From Candidatus Moraniibacteriota bacterium (GTDB lineage: Bacteria > Patescibacteriota > Minisyncoccia > Moranbacterales > GCA-2747515), in NCBI GenBank assembly GCA_016699795.1, contig CP065011.1, forward strand, positions 687,318 to 751,317: 64,000 nt of DNA, given 5' to 3'. Within the stretch, counting starts at the first letter, position 1, and the number at the start of each line of letters is the position of its first letter. Positions 40,250 through 50,703 of the stretch are shown here, one piece after another. The notes under the pieces were generated by a model, which worked only from the letters and a program-made list of their open reading frames with translations, ran no database searches and was not told the origin of the DNA. The position numbers and the translations under genes were made by a program.

Positions 40250-40693
40250 ATGGCAGTAACACCTTATAATTTAGAACCGATAGAAGATGATTTGAAAATA
40301 AAAAATGAGTCTGTTTTGGAAAAAAAAGAAAATGAAGAAGAAAAAGAGATACTACCCGCAGCAGAAACGCTTGTTGAATCGGAAAATCCTTCTTTAAAAG
40401 AAGCGTCTTTTGAAAAGTTTTTGGAGAAAACAAAAATGCAAATAAGTGATCAAATGAATGCTTCTGAACAAGTTCATGCAAAAGAAAATGCGCATGTAGA
40501 TGAATTATTGGAAACGGATATTGCTACACGAATAACAAAACTTATCGCTGTAGCAGAAGAGCAAGGTATTACGCAGGCTTTTGAAATAGCATTAAAATTT
40601 GATGATCTTTATACTATTGATACATTGCACGATACTCTGTCTGGCTCTTTGTATGAAGAGCTAAAGAAAAAAGGTTTGATACACGAAGAATGA
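40250..40693 (+). CDS. small acidic hypothetical protein (147 aa)
   Basis: Same strand, acidic, no motif recognised. Confidence 0.45.
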   Translation: MAVTPYNLEPIEDDLKIKNESVLEKKENEEEKEILPAAETLVESENPSLKEASFEKFLEKTKMQISDQMNASEQVHAKENAHVDELLETDIATRITKLIAVAEEQGITQAFEIALKFDDLYTIDTLHDTLSGSLYEELKKKGLIHEE

Positions 40694-40757
40694 TGGTAGA
40701 ATAGAGGCTGAGAGTGGTTTCGAAAGAGGTGTTTAAGACAAAAACAAATGAAAAAAA

Positions 40758-43217
40758 ATGCAACAAGAAACTGTTAATATTATTTTCCTTTTTATTTCTA
40801 TAGCGTTAGGTCTTTTTGCTTTGGGAAGCGGTGCTTATATTATGTTGTCAGGACTATTTGGTCTCAAGAAAAAAATTGAGATGTCTTTGCAATTTAGTAC
40901 GGAATTAGTCCGGATGGTTTTAAATGATGTAAAGAGATCGGATGAACGAGAAGTGGGTCCTGAAAAATGGAGAGAAGAAATAGGTGCTATGGAACAACTT
41001 TTTTCTTCTTTCGCTAACATGCGTTCGAAGAGAGCTTTTCTTGGATCGTCTATACCTTTTATAATATCGTTAGAAATCGCCAATCCCTCTGATAGTGAAG
41101 AGATATTCTTTTATCTATCTTTTCCTCGAAAATATAGAGAGGATATCGAAAAACAAGTGCATAGCTTTTTTCCTCACGCATCTATTGAATCTATAGAAGA
41201 TTATACTATTTTTCGACCAAAGAGTTTTGTTGCCACAGCAACGTTGGCACTAAAATCAACCTCAGCATTGCCCGTACTTACATATCAAGAAATGAACACG
41301 GATCCTCTTAATGAGATAACTAATGCTATGAGCAAACTTCAGACTGAGACGGAAGGAGCTGCTTTGCAATTAATTTTATATCCAGCTGGAGGTTCTTGGC
41401 GAAATGAAGGACGAAGTATCGCTCATGAAATGCAACAAGGAAAACGATTAAAAGATGCAAGAAAACAATCTTTCCTTGCAAAATTAGGAGATGGATTAGG
41501 CTCAGTATTTCTGAGTGCTTTTTTGGGAAAAAAGATCGAATCTCAAAAAGATGATAAATATATACAACTCACTCCTGAAGAGCAGGATCTTGTAAAAGCT
41601 ATCGAACAAAAAACAAGGAAACCTGCTTTTTATACGAATATACGAATTCTTTCTTCTGGGGATACACAAGAAAGAGCGACACAAATTCTTTCTCAGATGG
41701 AAAATGCTTTCTCTCAATTTGAAAGATCGGATATTAACTTTTTTCGCATAAAAGAACGATCTGAAACAAAAAAAATTGGTTTTCAATACATAATGAGATT
41801 TTTTAATCGGCGGGGAGCTATGCTTCTTGGAGTTGAAGAGATTGCTAGTATTTACCATTTCCCCATATCATCTACGAAAACCCCGAAAATAAAATGGCTT
41901 AAGGCTGGAAGCGCACCTCCACCCACACTTATTCCTCGAGAGGGAATTTTATTAGGACATAATGATTATAGGAATGTCATAACGGATGTGAGGCTTTCTC
42001 AGGCTGACCGAAGGAGACATCTTTATGTCATAGGTCAAACTGGTGTTGGAAAATCTGTTTTTCTTACGGAGCTTATTAAACAAGACGTTCGAGAGGGCCG
42101 AGGCGTTTGCTATATCGATCCTCATGGAGATGCTATAGAAGAAATTCTTTCTGCTGTTCCTAAGGAGAGAATTGAAGATGTTATACATTTTGATCCTGCT
42201 GATACAGGGAGACCTTTCGGTCTTAATATGCTCGAATATGATAAACCTGAACAGAAGACATTTGTTATAAATGAGATGATTAATATTTTTGATAAATTGT
42301 ACGACCTACGTCAAACAGGAGGTCCAATGTTTGAGCAGTATATGAGAAACGCCATGCTTCTCATTATGGAGGATACTGAATCAGGATCGACACTTTTGGA
42401 AATTCCACGCGTTTTGTCTGACGAGCAATTTCGTCGCATGAAGCTTTCAAAATGTAACAATCCTATTGTAAAGAACTTCTGGATAAAGGAAGCAGAAAAG
42501 GCTGGTGGAGATGCAGCTTTAGCTAATGTTGTTCCTTATATAACTTCAAAATTGACACAATTTATTTCTAACGACATGATGCGCCCTATCATTTCACAGC
42601 AACGTTCCACTATTGATTTTCGAAAATGCATGGATGAAGAGAAGATACTTCTTATTAACCTATCAAAAGGAAGAATTGGAGAAATTAATAGTTATCTTTT
42701 AGGAATGATTATTGTTGGGAAAATTCTCATGGCTTCACTTTCTCGTGTTGATATATCTGAAAACGAACGAAAGGATTTTTATTTATACATCGACGAGTTT
42801 CAAAATGTTACAACAGATTCTATATCGCAAATTCTTTCAGAGGCAAGAAAATATCGATTAAGCTTGACCATCGCTCATCAATTTATAGGACAGCTTAGCG
42901 AGGGCATTTCTAAGGCAGTTTTTGGTAATGTGGGTTCAATGGCAGCATTTCGAGTTGGTCCGGAAGATGCAGAATTTTTAGAAAAACAGTTTGCTCCCAT
43001 ATTCTCAGCAAGCGATCTTCTTAATGTGGATAATTATAGTTGTTTTGTTCGTCTTCTGCTTAATAATGAATCAACGAAGCCTTTTAATATAAAAACATAC
43101 CCTTCAACTCAGGGAAATATAGATCAAGTTTCTTTAATAAAACAATATTCTCGCCTTCGATATGGGAGAGACGCTAAGATAATCGAAGAAGAAATACGAA
43201 ATCGTATTGTTATGTAA
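40758..43217 (+). CDS. membrane-anchored P-loop ATPase of the VirD4/TraD/TraG coupling-protein (AAA_10/DUF87-like) family
   Basis: N-terminal TM helices; Walker A GQTGVGKS, DPHGD motif (CYIDPHGDAIEEI), Walker B-like YLYIDEFQN, TIAHQ sensor; ~300-aa N-terminal domain of unknown function. Confidence 0.6.
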   Translation: MQQETVNIIFLFISIALGLFALGSGAYIMLSGLFGLKKKIEMSLQFSTELVRMVLNDVKRSDEREVGPEKWREEIGAMEQLFSSFANMRSKRAFLGSSIPFIISLEIANPSDSEEIFFYLSFPRKYREDIEKQVHSFFPHASIESIEDYTIFRPKSFVATATLALKSTSALPVLTYQEMNTDPLNEITNAMSKLQTETEGAALQLILYPAGGSWRNEGRSIAHEMQQGKRLKDARKQSFLAKLGDGLGSVFLSAFLGKKIESQKDDKYIQLTPEEQDLVKAIEQKTRKPAFYTNIRILSSGDTQERATQILSQMENAFSQFERSDINFFRIKERSETKKIGFQYIMRFFNRRGAMLLGVEEIASIYHFPISSTKTPKIKWLKAGSAPPPTLIPREGILLGHNDYRNVITDVRLSQADRRRHLYVIGQTGVGKSVFLTELIKQDVREGRGVCYIDPHGDAIEEILSAVPKERIEDVIHFDPADTGRPFGLNMLEYDKPEQKTFVINEMINIFDKLYDLRQTGGPMFEQYMRNAMLLIMEDTESGSTLLEIPRVLSDEQFRRMKLSKCNNPIVKNFWIKEAEKAGGDAALANVVPYITSKLTQFISNDMMRPIISQQRSTIDFRKCMDEEKILLINLSKGRIGEINSYLLGMIIVGKILMASLSRVDISENERKDFYLYIDEFQNVTTDSISQILSEARKYRLSLTIAHQFIGQLSEGISKAVFGNVGSMAAFRVGPEDAEFLEKQFAPIFSASDLLNVDNYSCFVRLLLNNESTKPFNIKTYPSTQGNIDQVSLIKQYSRLRYGRDAKIIEEEIRNRIVM

Positions 43218-43239
43218 TTTTATTTTTACAAGAATTCAG

Positions 43240-45630
43240 TTAAGGGAGAACTATTTTTAGTATATCTCCTGAAGTATTTTCTGTATAAATGGTATTTTCT
43301 TGGACTGCGAGTATTCGCTTTGTTTGAAAAAAAGATTTACTCATAAGCTGAGATTGTATTTCTCCGGTATCTTTTTTTGTGAGAACAAAACGACCATTTT
43401 CAGAATCAAGAATGAGAAAATTATTCTTTGTTATAGCAATATCTTTTGGATGAGGGGTGGGGGCTGAAGATGATTCTAAAGAAAAATTGGTTTTCTTTCC
43501 TTGAAAGTAAGATTCAATAGTTTCTTTATGGGTTATAAAATAGATACTTTCTTCCACATTCCACTTGAAGGGATTTTCTTGTATAGGTGTAGATTTGAAC
43601 CAAGTTGTGGATTTATCAAAACCTCCTGCTATACGAGGAAAACGAAGAATATTTTTGGTCTTAGTATCAAAGATGTACAGATAAGTAAGGTAGGACTCTA
43701 ATAGATGAGGACTTGTTCCTGATGGAAGTGGTATTTTGTTTTTTGTATAAGATTGTTTTGCAGGACTAAATTCATACAAATCATTATTTTTAGTAAGAAT
43801 AAAAAGAAGATTAAGATCTTCCATAAAAGTTGCAAGTGTAAATATTTCATTTCCATTGGGAGGAGGGTAAGATTCCATGGAATTATTTAAAAGGTTGAGA
43901 ATGACAACGGCATCAGAGGTGACAGCGAGAATCCGATTGTCCCAATACGTTACTTGTAATGTTTTATTTAAAATACTCGGAGGAATTCCTGAAATTGTTT
44001 CTATAGCATCTTCTTTTTGAAAAATAACATTTTTTTCTTTTTCCCATTGTTCTGTCCAAGTATCAGGAGACTCTTTTTGGTTTAAAACAAGAGCTGCTTC
44101 ATCAAATTCAGAAGATATATTTTCTTTTTTGTCGGGTATTATTTTAGGGAGAAAGAAGGGGATAAGAATCATTATTAAAAGAAGAAAAAGAGCGTAAATT
44201 TTTTGGCGTTTGTTTAAAGAGAAAAAAAGATGTTTTATTTTATAAAAACTTGGAAGAAACGTTGATTTTGAAGAAATTTCTAATGGTGAATGAATCGTAT
44301 CCTTCTTGTTTTTCAAAAAGAATAATTTCTCTTTTAAAAACAAGAGAATATTTTTTCTTATTTTTATTTTCTCCAAGAGATTTCTTGTTGAGGTCAAGAG
44401 AAGGGTAATGTTTTTTTTGGAAAAAGTTTTTTTATTTGTTAAAAAAAAATCTTTTATCTTTTTTTTTACGTTAGAAAAATCTCTCTTTTTAGATTTTTTA
44501 TCTTTTTTTTTAGAAGTGAAAGACTGAGCCTTCTTTTGAAGAATTTTTTGAATTTTTTTTGTTGCGTTTGTTAAAAGAGACTCGATTGTTTCCAAAGTAA
44601 GGAGCGCTCGTTCTTTCAGTGCTTCTATATGAGGATCTGAACCTGAATGTGTTTGTGAATCAAGAGATTCTTTTATGTGAATATTTCTTCCTTTACTTTT
44701 CTCTTCGGGTAAATTTTCTATCTGTGTAGAGATTTCTTCCTCTTTGTTTTCATTTTCTTCTAACAGGGAGTCTTTTAGAATTTCTTTAGAAAGAGCTTTT
44801 TTTAGGGATATATTTTTTTGCGTATCTAAGGTGTCTCTACCAAATAAATTTCTTGGCAAAATGAGATCATGAGAAGTTTTTGTATGAACTATGGGCGATG
44901 GTGTGTCATCTTGGATCATATCAAGAAGTATGGCTCCAGCGTGTTCGCATTCATTTACAAGGGCTGTATAAAGAAGGGTATAAAATGAATCATAATCTGG
45001 AGAACGTGAAATCTCTTTTTTGAGTTGTTCAGGAGAAAAAATCTTAAGAAGCTGACGATCACAGAGAAGAAAAATATCATGAGAAAGAATTTTTCCTGAA
45101 GCTATATCTTCAAATGTTCTCAGTGGATGGGGGGCACTCTCTTCTTCATTGGATTCTGTAAGATTAAGGAATTTGTTTTCTCGAAAAAGGAAAAGACGAC
45201 CTTTTCCACAAGAAGAAAAATGAATAGTATCCTTACTAATAACAACAATCACGCCATCAAGATTTTCTAGCCAAGAAACATTACCCTTGCGAAATGTTTC
45301 TCCAAGAATAATATCAATTATTTTTAGAGTTGATTCAAAACTGTCTTCAGCTGAACGTTGAGGTTTTGAATAATATTCTTTTTTTACAACTGAAGCTAAA
45401 TGATTTGTTATATAGAGAGCCTCTTTCTTTGAAGGATCTATTGAGAAAATACCAAAAATAGTCCCTAAATGTTTTTGAGTTATATTATTGGGAGAAAATT
45501 GAAAAACATCGAGAAAAGGTTCTCGTTTTTCCTGAGAAATAGTGATGGGTCGCAAACGAGGAATCATGCAAGTTAAGCATTTTCCCGAATCGCATTTTTT
45601 CTTTACCATACTGTTTTTAAAGTATAACAT
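43240..45630 (-). CDS. large hypothetical membrane protein (796 aa): cytoplasmic N-domain (possible degenerate PP2C/SpoIIE-like fold), basic linker, one TM helix, extracellular C-domain
   Basis: Pattern GIFSID..VVISKDTIHFSSCGKGRLFLFRENK..SHDIFLLCDRQLLK loosely resembles PP2C-like fold; TM IYALFLLLIMILIPFFLP. Confidence 0.4.
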   Translation of the reverse strand: MLYFKNSMVKKKCDSGKCLTCMIPRLRPITISQEKREPFLDVFQFSPNNITQKHLGTIFGIFSIDPSKKEALYITNHLASVVKKEYYSKPQRSAEDSFESTLKIIDIILGETFRKGNVSWLENLDGVIVVISKDTIHFSSCGKGRLFLFRENKFLNLTESNEEESAPHPLRTFEDIASGKILSHDIFLLCDRQLLKIFSPEQLKKEISRSPDYDSFYTLLYTALVNECEHAGAILLDMIQDDTPSPIVHTKTSHDLILPRNLFGRDTLDTQKNISLKKALSKEILKDSLLEENENKEEEISTQIENLPEEKSKGRNIHIKESLDSQTHSGSDPHIEALKERALLTLETIESLLTNATKKIQKILQKKAQSFTSKKKDKKSKKRDFSNVKKKIKDFFLTNKKTFSKKNITLLLTSTRNLLEKIKIRKNILLFLKEKLFFLKNKKDTIHSPLEISSKSTFLPSFYKIKHLFFSLNKRQKIYALFLLLIMILIPFFLPKIIPDKKENISSEFDEAALVLNQKESPDTWTEQWEKEKNVIFQKEDAIETISGIPPSILNKTLQVTYWDNRILAVTSDAVVILNLLNNSMESYPPPNGNEIFTLATFMEDLNLLFILTKNNDLYEFSPAKQSYTKNKIPLPSGTSPHLLESYLTYLYIFDTKTKNILRFPRIAGGFDKSTTWFKSTPIQENPFKWNVEESIYFITHKETIESYFQGKKTNFSLESSSAPTPHPKDIAITKNNFLILDSENGRFVLTKKDTGEIQSQLMSKSFFQTKRILAVQENTIYTENTSGDILKIVLP

Positions 45631-45724
45631 TTTTTTCTTTTTATGGGTAGTTGCTAAGAGAAAGGATTTTTTCTATACTTGAAATAAATACATTTGATTA
45701 AGTAATGATTGGTAAAAGAATGAT

Positions 45725-46339
45725 ATGGCAACGACAATTGATATTTTTGATGAATTGTTTGGATCAAAAGAAAAAGCGAGACTTATTCGTTTTTTTCTTT
45801 TCAATGAAAACCCAAATTTATCGGTAATAGAATTGGCTCAAAAAAATAAGCTGAAATTGGATGAAACTCGTAAAGCAATACGGTCATTGGTAAAAATTGA
45901 TATGCTTCGGGAGCAGATAAAAAAACGTCGAAAAGTATTTTCTCTCAATGAAAACTTTCCTTATAACGCACAATTGCATAATTTAATTTCTGCCTCAAAC
46001 ACTTTCGGACAATGCAAAAATCTTTCACGTCTTCGTAGATCAGCAGCGGTGAGATATGCTGCAGTAAGTGGATTATTTACGGATAACCCTAAATCTATTG
46101 TTGATCTTCTTGTTGTGGTAAGTGATTCTCGTCGTGCCAAGGTTCAACAAGCTATTGAATTTATTGAAGCGGAAGTTGGAAAAGAGATTCGTTATGTTCT
46201 TCTGGATGTAGAGGAATTTAAGTATCGAATGGAAATGCTTGATCGTTTTCTTAAGGATTTTTTCGAAGGAAAGCATGAAGAAATCGTAAATAAAATGCCA
46301 GGCCTTTCTCGAAACATACAATTATTGCAACAGAAATAA
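45725..46339 (+). CDS. hypothetical protein (possible wHTH plus minimal nucleotidyltransferase-like core)
   Basis: ORF only; weak GS..D.L.VVVSD pattern. Confidence 0.35.
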   Translation: MATTIDIFDELFGSKEKARLIRFFLFNENPNLSVIELAQKNKLKLDETRKAIRSLVKIDMLREQIKKRRKVFSLNENFPYNAQLHNLISASNTFGQCKNLSRLRRSAAVRYAAVSGLFTDNPKSIVDLLVVVSDSRRAKVQQAIEFIEAEVGKEIRYVLLDVEEFKYRMEMLDRFLKDFFEGKHEEIVNKMPGLSRNIQLLQQK

Positions 46340-46348
46340 AAAGATATC

Positions 46349-46729
46349 ATGTCTGAATCTTTAGACTCGTCACTTCGTTTGAGAGAATTTCTGGGAAACC
46401 ATTTTGTTCAATGGACTGTTCTTTTTGCTTTTATAGCAAATGGAATCTCTTGGATTCTTCTTATTTTATTTATAGAACCATCAGAAGCTCCTATTTTTCT
46501 TCGTTATAATATCTATTTAGGATCCGATCTTAGTTATGTAGTTCCTTGGTATGAATCCTATCGAATTTTATTATTTTCTTTCATTTTTTTCTTGTTAAAT
46601 TGCATTATTGCTTTTTTATTTTTTCGTAAAACGGATCGATTTACTTCTCATACAATTCTTTTGGGTAATATTTTTGTTCAATTATTTGTTGTTATTTCTG
46701 TAATAGCTATTGTTTTGGTGAATTTGTAA
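46349..46729 (+). CDS. small polytopic membrane protein preceding GT2 gene
   Basis: Four hydrophobic segments; abuts GT2 ORF by 7 nt. Confidence 0.45.
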   Translation: MSESLDSSLRLREFLGNHFVQWTVLFAFIANGISWILLILFIEPSEAPIFLRYNIYLGSDLSYVVPWYESYRILLFSFIFFLLNCIIAFLFFRKTDRFTSHTILLGNIFVQLFVVISVIAIVLVNL

Positions 46730-46735
46730 ATAAAT

Positions 46736-48466
46736 GTGAAAATTATGTCAGAACAAGAAAAAGTTTTTATATTTCCCGATCCTAAAACGAAAGATCCCGA
46801 TGAAAGATTTGTACAGAGAATTTTTGAAATTTTTCCTGGAGCAATAACATGGATGATTCTCTTAGGACTTCCATTATTGGCTTTTTTACAACCTATTTGG
46901 GTTGCGGTTTTCGTTATTGCTTTCGATCTTTTGTGGATACATAAAAGCTTTTATATTTCTTTGTATACTATTGCTGCATATAAAAGACTTCGAAGGGGGA
47001 TTAGTATCGATTGGTATGGTCTTTTAAAAGATACAGAAAATATAGTTGAATCCATTAAACGGCGGGAGCGAGAGATGAAAGATATTAAAAAAAATCTTCA
47101 GAAGCATTCTTTTTTTTCTTCTGAATTTAGAAAAATAAGAAATATTTTAAAAGATAGAAAATTTGAATTTTCTTTGATAAAGCCTCTTTCTGATAAACAA
47201 GAGGAAGTTATACAACACAAAGATATTGTTCATATTGTTTTATTTCCTACGGCAACCGAAGGTGCTGAGATTATTGAGCCTGCTATACGAGCTGTAAAGG
47301 AGAGTGATTTTCCTAATGAGCAAATTATTATCGTCCTTGCAACGGAGGAAAATGAAGAAAAGGAGAAAAGGGAAGAGAAAATTCGAATTCTTCGTAAGAA
47401 ATTCAAAAATGTTTTTCGAGATTTTTTGGTTACGGTGCACAAAGTTAAGGATGGAGAAATGAAATGCAAGGCATCAAATGCTACCTATGCGGCTAAAGAA
47501 TTATGCCTCTATTTGAATGAAAGAGATATTGATTATAAGAGAGTTATTCTTTCTAACTTTGATTGTGATACTGTTTGTCATAAGAAATATTTTTCAGCAC
47601 TTACTTTTCTTTATACAACAGATAAAGATAGGTTATGTCACGCATACCAACCATTGCCTATGTATAATAATAATATTTGGGATACAAATGCTATTGTTCG
47701 TATTGTTGTTTTTAATTCTACTTTCTGGCACATGTTCAAGAGTACGCGTGATCGAATGGTGACATTTTCATCTCACAGTGAACCTTTTGACACTATCGTG
47801 AAATTGAATTTTTGGCCTGTGAATATGATTAGTGAGGATTCAATTATTTATTGGAAAGGATATTCTTATTTTGATGGTAAATACACAACTAAAATTGTTC
47901 CATTACCTGTTTCTATGGATGCAGCATTGGCAGACACATATGGAAAAACTCTTGTTAATCAATATAAACAATTACGTCGTTGGGCGTATGGAATGGAGAA
48001 TCTCGCATTAATAATGAGGTCAAATTTACCGAATAAAAATATTTCTTTTTGGAAAAAATGGCTTGTTGCTCTGGAACTTGTAGAGGGGCATGTTCTTTGG
48101 GCAACTGCTCCTATTATCCTAGGATTTATGGGCTGGCTTCCACTTTGGTTTGGTGGAGCAGAGTTTAAAGAAAGCGTTTTAGCACATAATCTTCCTTTTA
48201 TTTCAGGAACACTTATGTCTATAGCGATGATTGGTCTCTTGATTATTGTATCTCTTAATTTTCTTCTTCTTCCACCAAAACCAAAAGAATATTCTCGATG
48301 GAGATATTCCTTTTTTGTTTTTCAATGGCTATTAGTTCCTTTTATGGGGCCGTTTTTTGCAGCACTTCCTGCTATAGATGCTCAAACACGTTTATTACTG
48401 GGAAAATATTTCGGCTCTTTTTGGGTTACTGAGAAGATTCGAAAAAAATCAATATCTATGCAATAG
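46736..48466 (+). CDS. processive family-2 glycosyltransferase (cellulose/chitin-synthase-like) with C-terminal TM helices
   Basis: QLRRWAYG (QxxRW) motif, DCD (D,D,D-type) motifs, N- and C-terminal TM segments. Confidence 0.65.
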   Translation: MKIMSEQEKVFIFPDPKTKDPDERFVQRIFEIFPGAITWMILLGLPLLAFLQPIWVAVFVIAFDLLWIHKSFYISLYTIAAYKRLRRGISIDWYGLLKDTENIVESIKRREREMKDIKKNLQKHSFFSSEFRKIRNILKDRKFEFSLIKPLSDKQEEVIQHKDIVHIVLFPTATEGAEIIEPAIRAVKESDFPNEQIIIVLATEENEEKEKREEKIRILRKKFKNVFRDFLVTVHKVKDGEMKCKASNATYAAKELCLYLNERDIDYKRVILSNFDCDTVCHKKYFSALTFLYTTDKDRLCHAYQPLPMYNNNIWDTNAIVRIVVFNSTFWHMFKSTRDRMVTFSSHSEPFDTIVKLNFWPVNMISEDSIIYWKGYSYFDGKYTTKIVPLPVSMDAALADTYGKTLVNQYKQLRRWAYGMENLALIMRSNLPNKNISFWKKWLVALELVEGHVLWATAPIILGFMGWLPLWFGGAEFKESVLAHNLPFISGTLMSIAMIGLLIIVSLNFLLLPPKPKEYSRWRYSFFVFQWLLVPFMGPFFAALPAIDAQTRLLLGKYFGSFWVTEKIRKKSISMQ

Positions 48467-48494
48467 ACGAGCGTTGTTTATTTGAAATATTTCT

Positions 48495-49541
48495 ATGCGA
48501 GAAATACCTCTTTTTTTAACTTTTTTTTCATCACTGAGCTTGTCAATTGTTCTTTTTTCTTTGATTATTTGGGCATACTTGTACACATCAATATTTTCTC
48601 GTTTCTATAGAAGAGAAAAAGGAAGATCTAGAAGTAAAATCTTTTTTCGATTAGGAGGATTTTTCGCTATTTTATTTTTTTTGGTAGCTCTTTTGGGAAA
48701 TTCTTACCTTGTACTTTCAATAGACATTATGTGGCTTTTTTGGGGATCTTTGGCTTTTCTCATTCTTGGTTTTTGGGATGACTTAAAGTCTATTTCTTGG
48801 AAATGGCAACTTTATTGGCAAAGTGTTATCATTTTTGTTATCATTTTTTTTGCAAAGATTCGAATAGAAAGTATCCCTTCTCTTTTTTTGGATGAGCGTA
48901 TATTTTTTGTTGAGAGATGGGAGATTTTAGGATATATTTTTGCTTTTTTATGGTTTTTATTGGTTATAAACTCTCTTAATTGGATTGATGGAATTGATGG
49001 TCTTGCGCCAGGGATAATTGTTATTTCCGGGGCTTCTATTGCTGCCGTCAGTCTTCGTCCGGAAGTTTTTCAACCGCCTATCTTTCTTCTCGCATGTATT
49101 CTTTGTGGTTCTTTTTTGGGTCTTTGGCTATTCAATATACATCCTGCTCATTTTTTTTCTGGAACAGCGGGAATTTTTGTGGCTGGTTTTATTTTGGCAT
49201 ATCTGTCACTTTTTTCTGGAGTAAAAATTGCAACCCTTTTTCTTGTTTTAGCCCTTCCAATTCTCGATGCTTTACGTGTTCTTTTTTGGAGAATAACCAC
49301 TTCACAATCTTTAACAAAGCCGGATAGAAATCATATTCATTACACATTGCTTGAATGGGGTTGGAATAAAAAGTATGTAAGTTTTTTTCTTTTAAGTATT
49401 GCAACATTTTTTTCTTTTTCAACATTCTTTTTTCAGACTCGAGGAAAAATAATGACAATTTGTATGATAAGTTTTATTTTTTTCGGTTGCTTAATAGCTG
49501 AGTATATGTACCGGAAAAAAGATAAAACCCCCGTCAGTTGA
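48495..49541 (+). CDS. polyprenyl-phosphate N-acetylhexosamine-1-phosphate transferase (WecA/MraY family)
   Basis: NSLNWIDGIDGLAPG motif and polytopic membrane topology. Confidence 0.8.
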   Translation: MREIPLFLTFFSSLSLSIVLFSLIIWAYLYTSIFSRFYRREKGRSRSKIFFRLGGFFAILFFLVALLGNSYLVLSIDIMWLFWGSLAFLILGFWDDLKSISWKWQLYWQSVIIFVIIFFAKIRIESIPSLFLDERIFFVERWEILGYIFAFLWFLLVINSLNWIDGIDGLAPGIIVISGASIAAVSLRPEVFQPPIFLLACILCGSFLGLWLFNIHPAHFFSGTAGIFVAGFILAYLSLFSGVKIATLFLVLALPILDALRVLFWRITTSQSLTKPDRNHIHYTLLEWGWNKKYVSFFLLSIATFFSFSTFFFQTRGKIMTICMISFIFFGCLIAEYMYRKKDKTPVS

Positions 49542-49550
49542 CGGAGGTTT
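49523..49550. terminator. 13-bp-stem hairpin spanning wecA-like stop; likely bidirectional terminator between convergent genes
   Basis: AAAACCCCCGTCA-GT-TGACGGAGGTTTT. Confidence 0.5.
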
Positions 49551-49583
49551 TATCCACTAAAGAACAAACATTATACAGGAAAA

Positions 49584-50294
49584 TTAAGGAGAGGAAACGA
49601 GAACGGAATATTTATGGAGATTCTTAATTTGCATATCCGTTAACCCTTTCGAGGCTTCAATAGCCTGACGAATTAAATCCTTAGAAAAATTAACCTGTGT
49701 GCCTACAGCAACTTTTCCCTTATGACCAACTGCTTTTCGAACATAATCTTCAATATAAATTTTATGTTCAGCTGTGAGTGATGCATCTGGGTTTTGAGTC
49801 AAATAATCAGCTGTCGCTTTTCTTGCCATATGAGTCAAACCATCGCCTCTCTGAGCTGTTATAAGAAAACCTCCCGAAGTCTCTTGACTGGGTGTTTCTT
49901 GTTTGGGCTGTTCGGGAATTTTTACTTCTTCCTTTTGCTCCTTGACTTCTTCAACGGCAACAATTTCTTGGGAAGTTTCTGTTTGCGCGGAACTTACTTC
50001 TTCCTTGGGTGTTTCAGCCTTTTCAGTTGAAGGTTCTTCTGTCAAAGATTCAGATTCGGTTATTTCTTCCTCATCAAACGCGTCTTCTTCGAGAAGTATT
50101 TGCTCTTGAGTAGGTTCATTGATGGCTATCTTGTTTTCTTGCCCACGCTTGGAGTAGGAATTAATTCCACCAGCAATAGCGAGAACAATAAAAACACTTA
50201 CGATGAGTCGAAGATTCTCTTCGAACCAAGCTTTTGTCTTGGATCCAGTCAATTCATCGGTTTCAGCGTCGCGTATTTCTTTATCTTTTGTCAT
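49584..50294 (-). CDS. membrane-anchored hypothetical protein with acidic linker
   Basis: Start moved to Met preceded by strong SD (GGAAAGGAGGTGGAAAAGA-ATG); TM LIVSVFIVLAIAGG; Glu/Thr/Pro-rich linker. Confidence 0.5.
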   Translation of the reverse strand: MTKDKEIRDAETDELTGSKTKAWFEENLRLIVSVFIVLAIAGGINSYSKRGQENKIAINEPTQEQILLEEDAFDEEEITESESLTEEPSTEKAETPKEEVSSAQTETSQEIVAVEEVKEQKEEVKIPEQPKQETPSQETSGGFLITAQRGDGLTHMARKATADYLTQNPDASLTAEHKIYIEDYVRKAVGHKGKVAVGTQVNFSKDLIRQAIEASKGLTDMQIKNLHKYSVLVSSP

Positions 50295-50703
50295 TCTTTT
50301 CCACCTCCTTTCCGTATTGCATTTCGAGACCTTCATTGAAGGTATTTTGCATATTTCTTGATATTCGACCTTTTCAGGGCTCATTGTACCTGCCCTTTTT
50401 AAAAGCGTCAAACAGAGAGGGATAATTATCGAAATTGGGAGGTTTTTTGCAAAGAAAATGATCATTTTTTATGTATAAATAAGGATTAATGGTGTTGTTT
50501 TAAAAATACTAAGATGATAACTTATGGATAAAGGGGGTTAATTTTAATTTTTGAAAAATATAGAAAGGTATGAAAAAAATAAAAAAGAAGAATAAAAGTT
50601 AAGGAAATATTTTCTTTATAAAGAGAATTTTTTAGATTTATTTTATTTTCCTTACGATTTTTAAAAAAGATGCTAGAATGAAAATATTATCTTTCTTAAG
50701 CAT

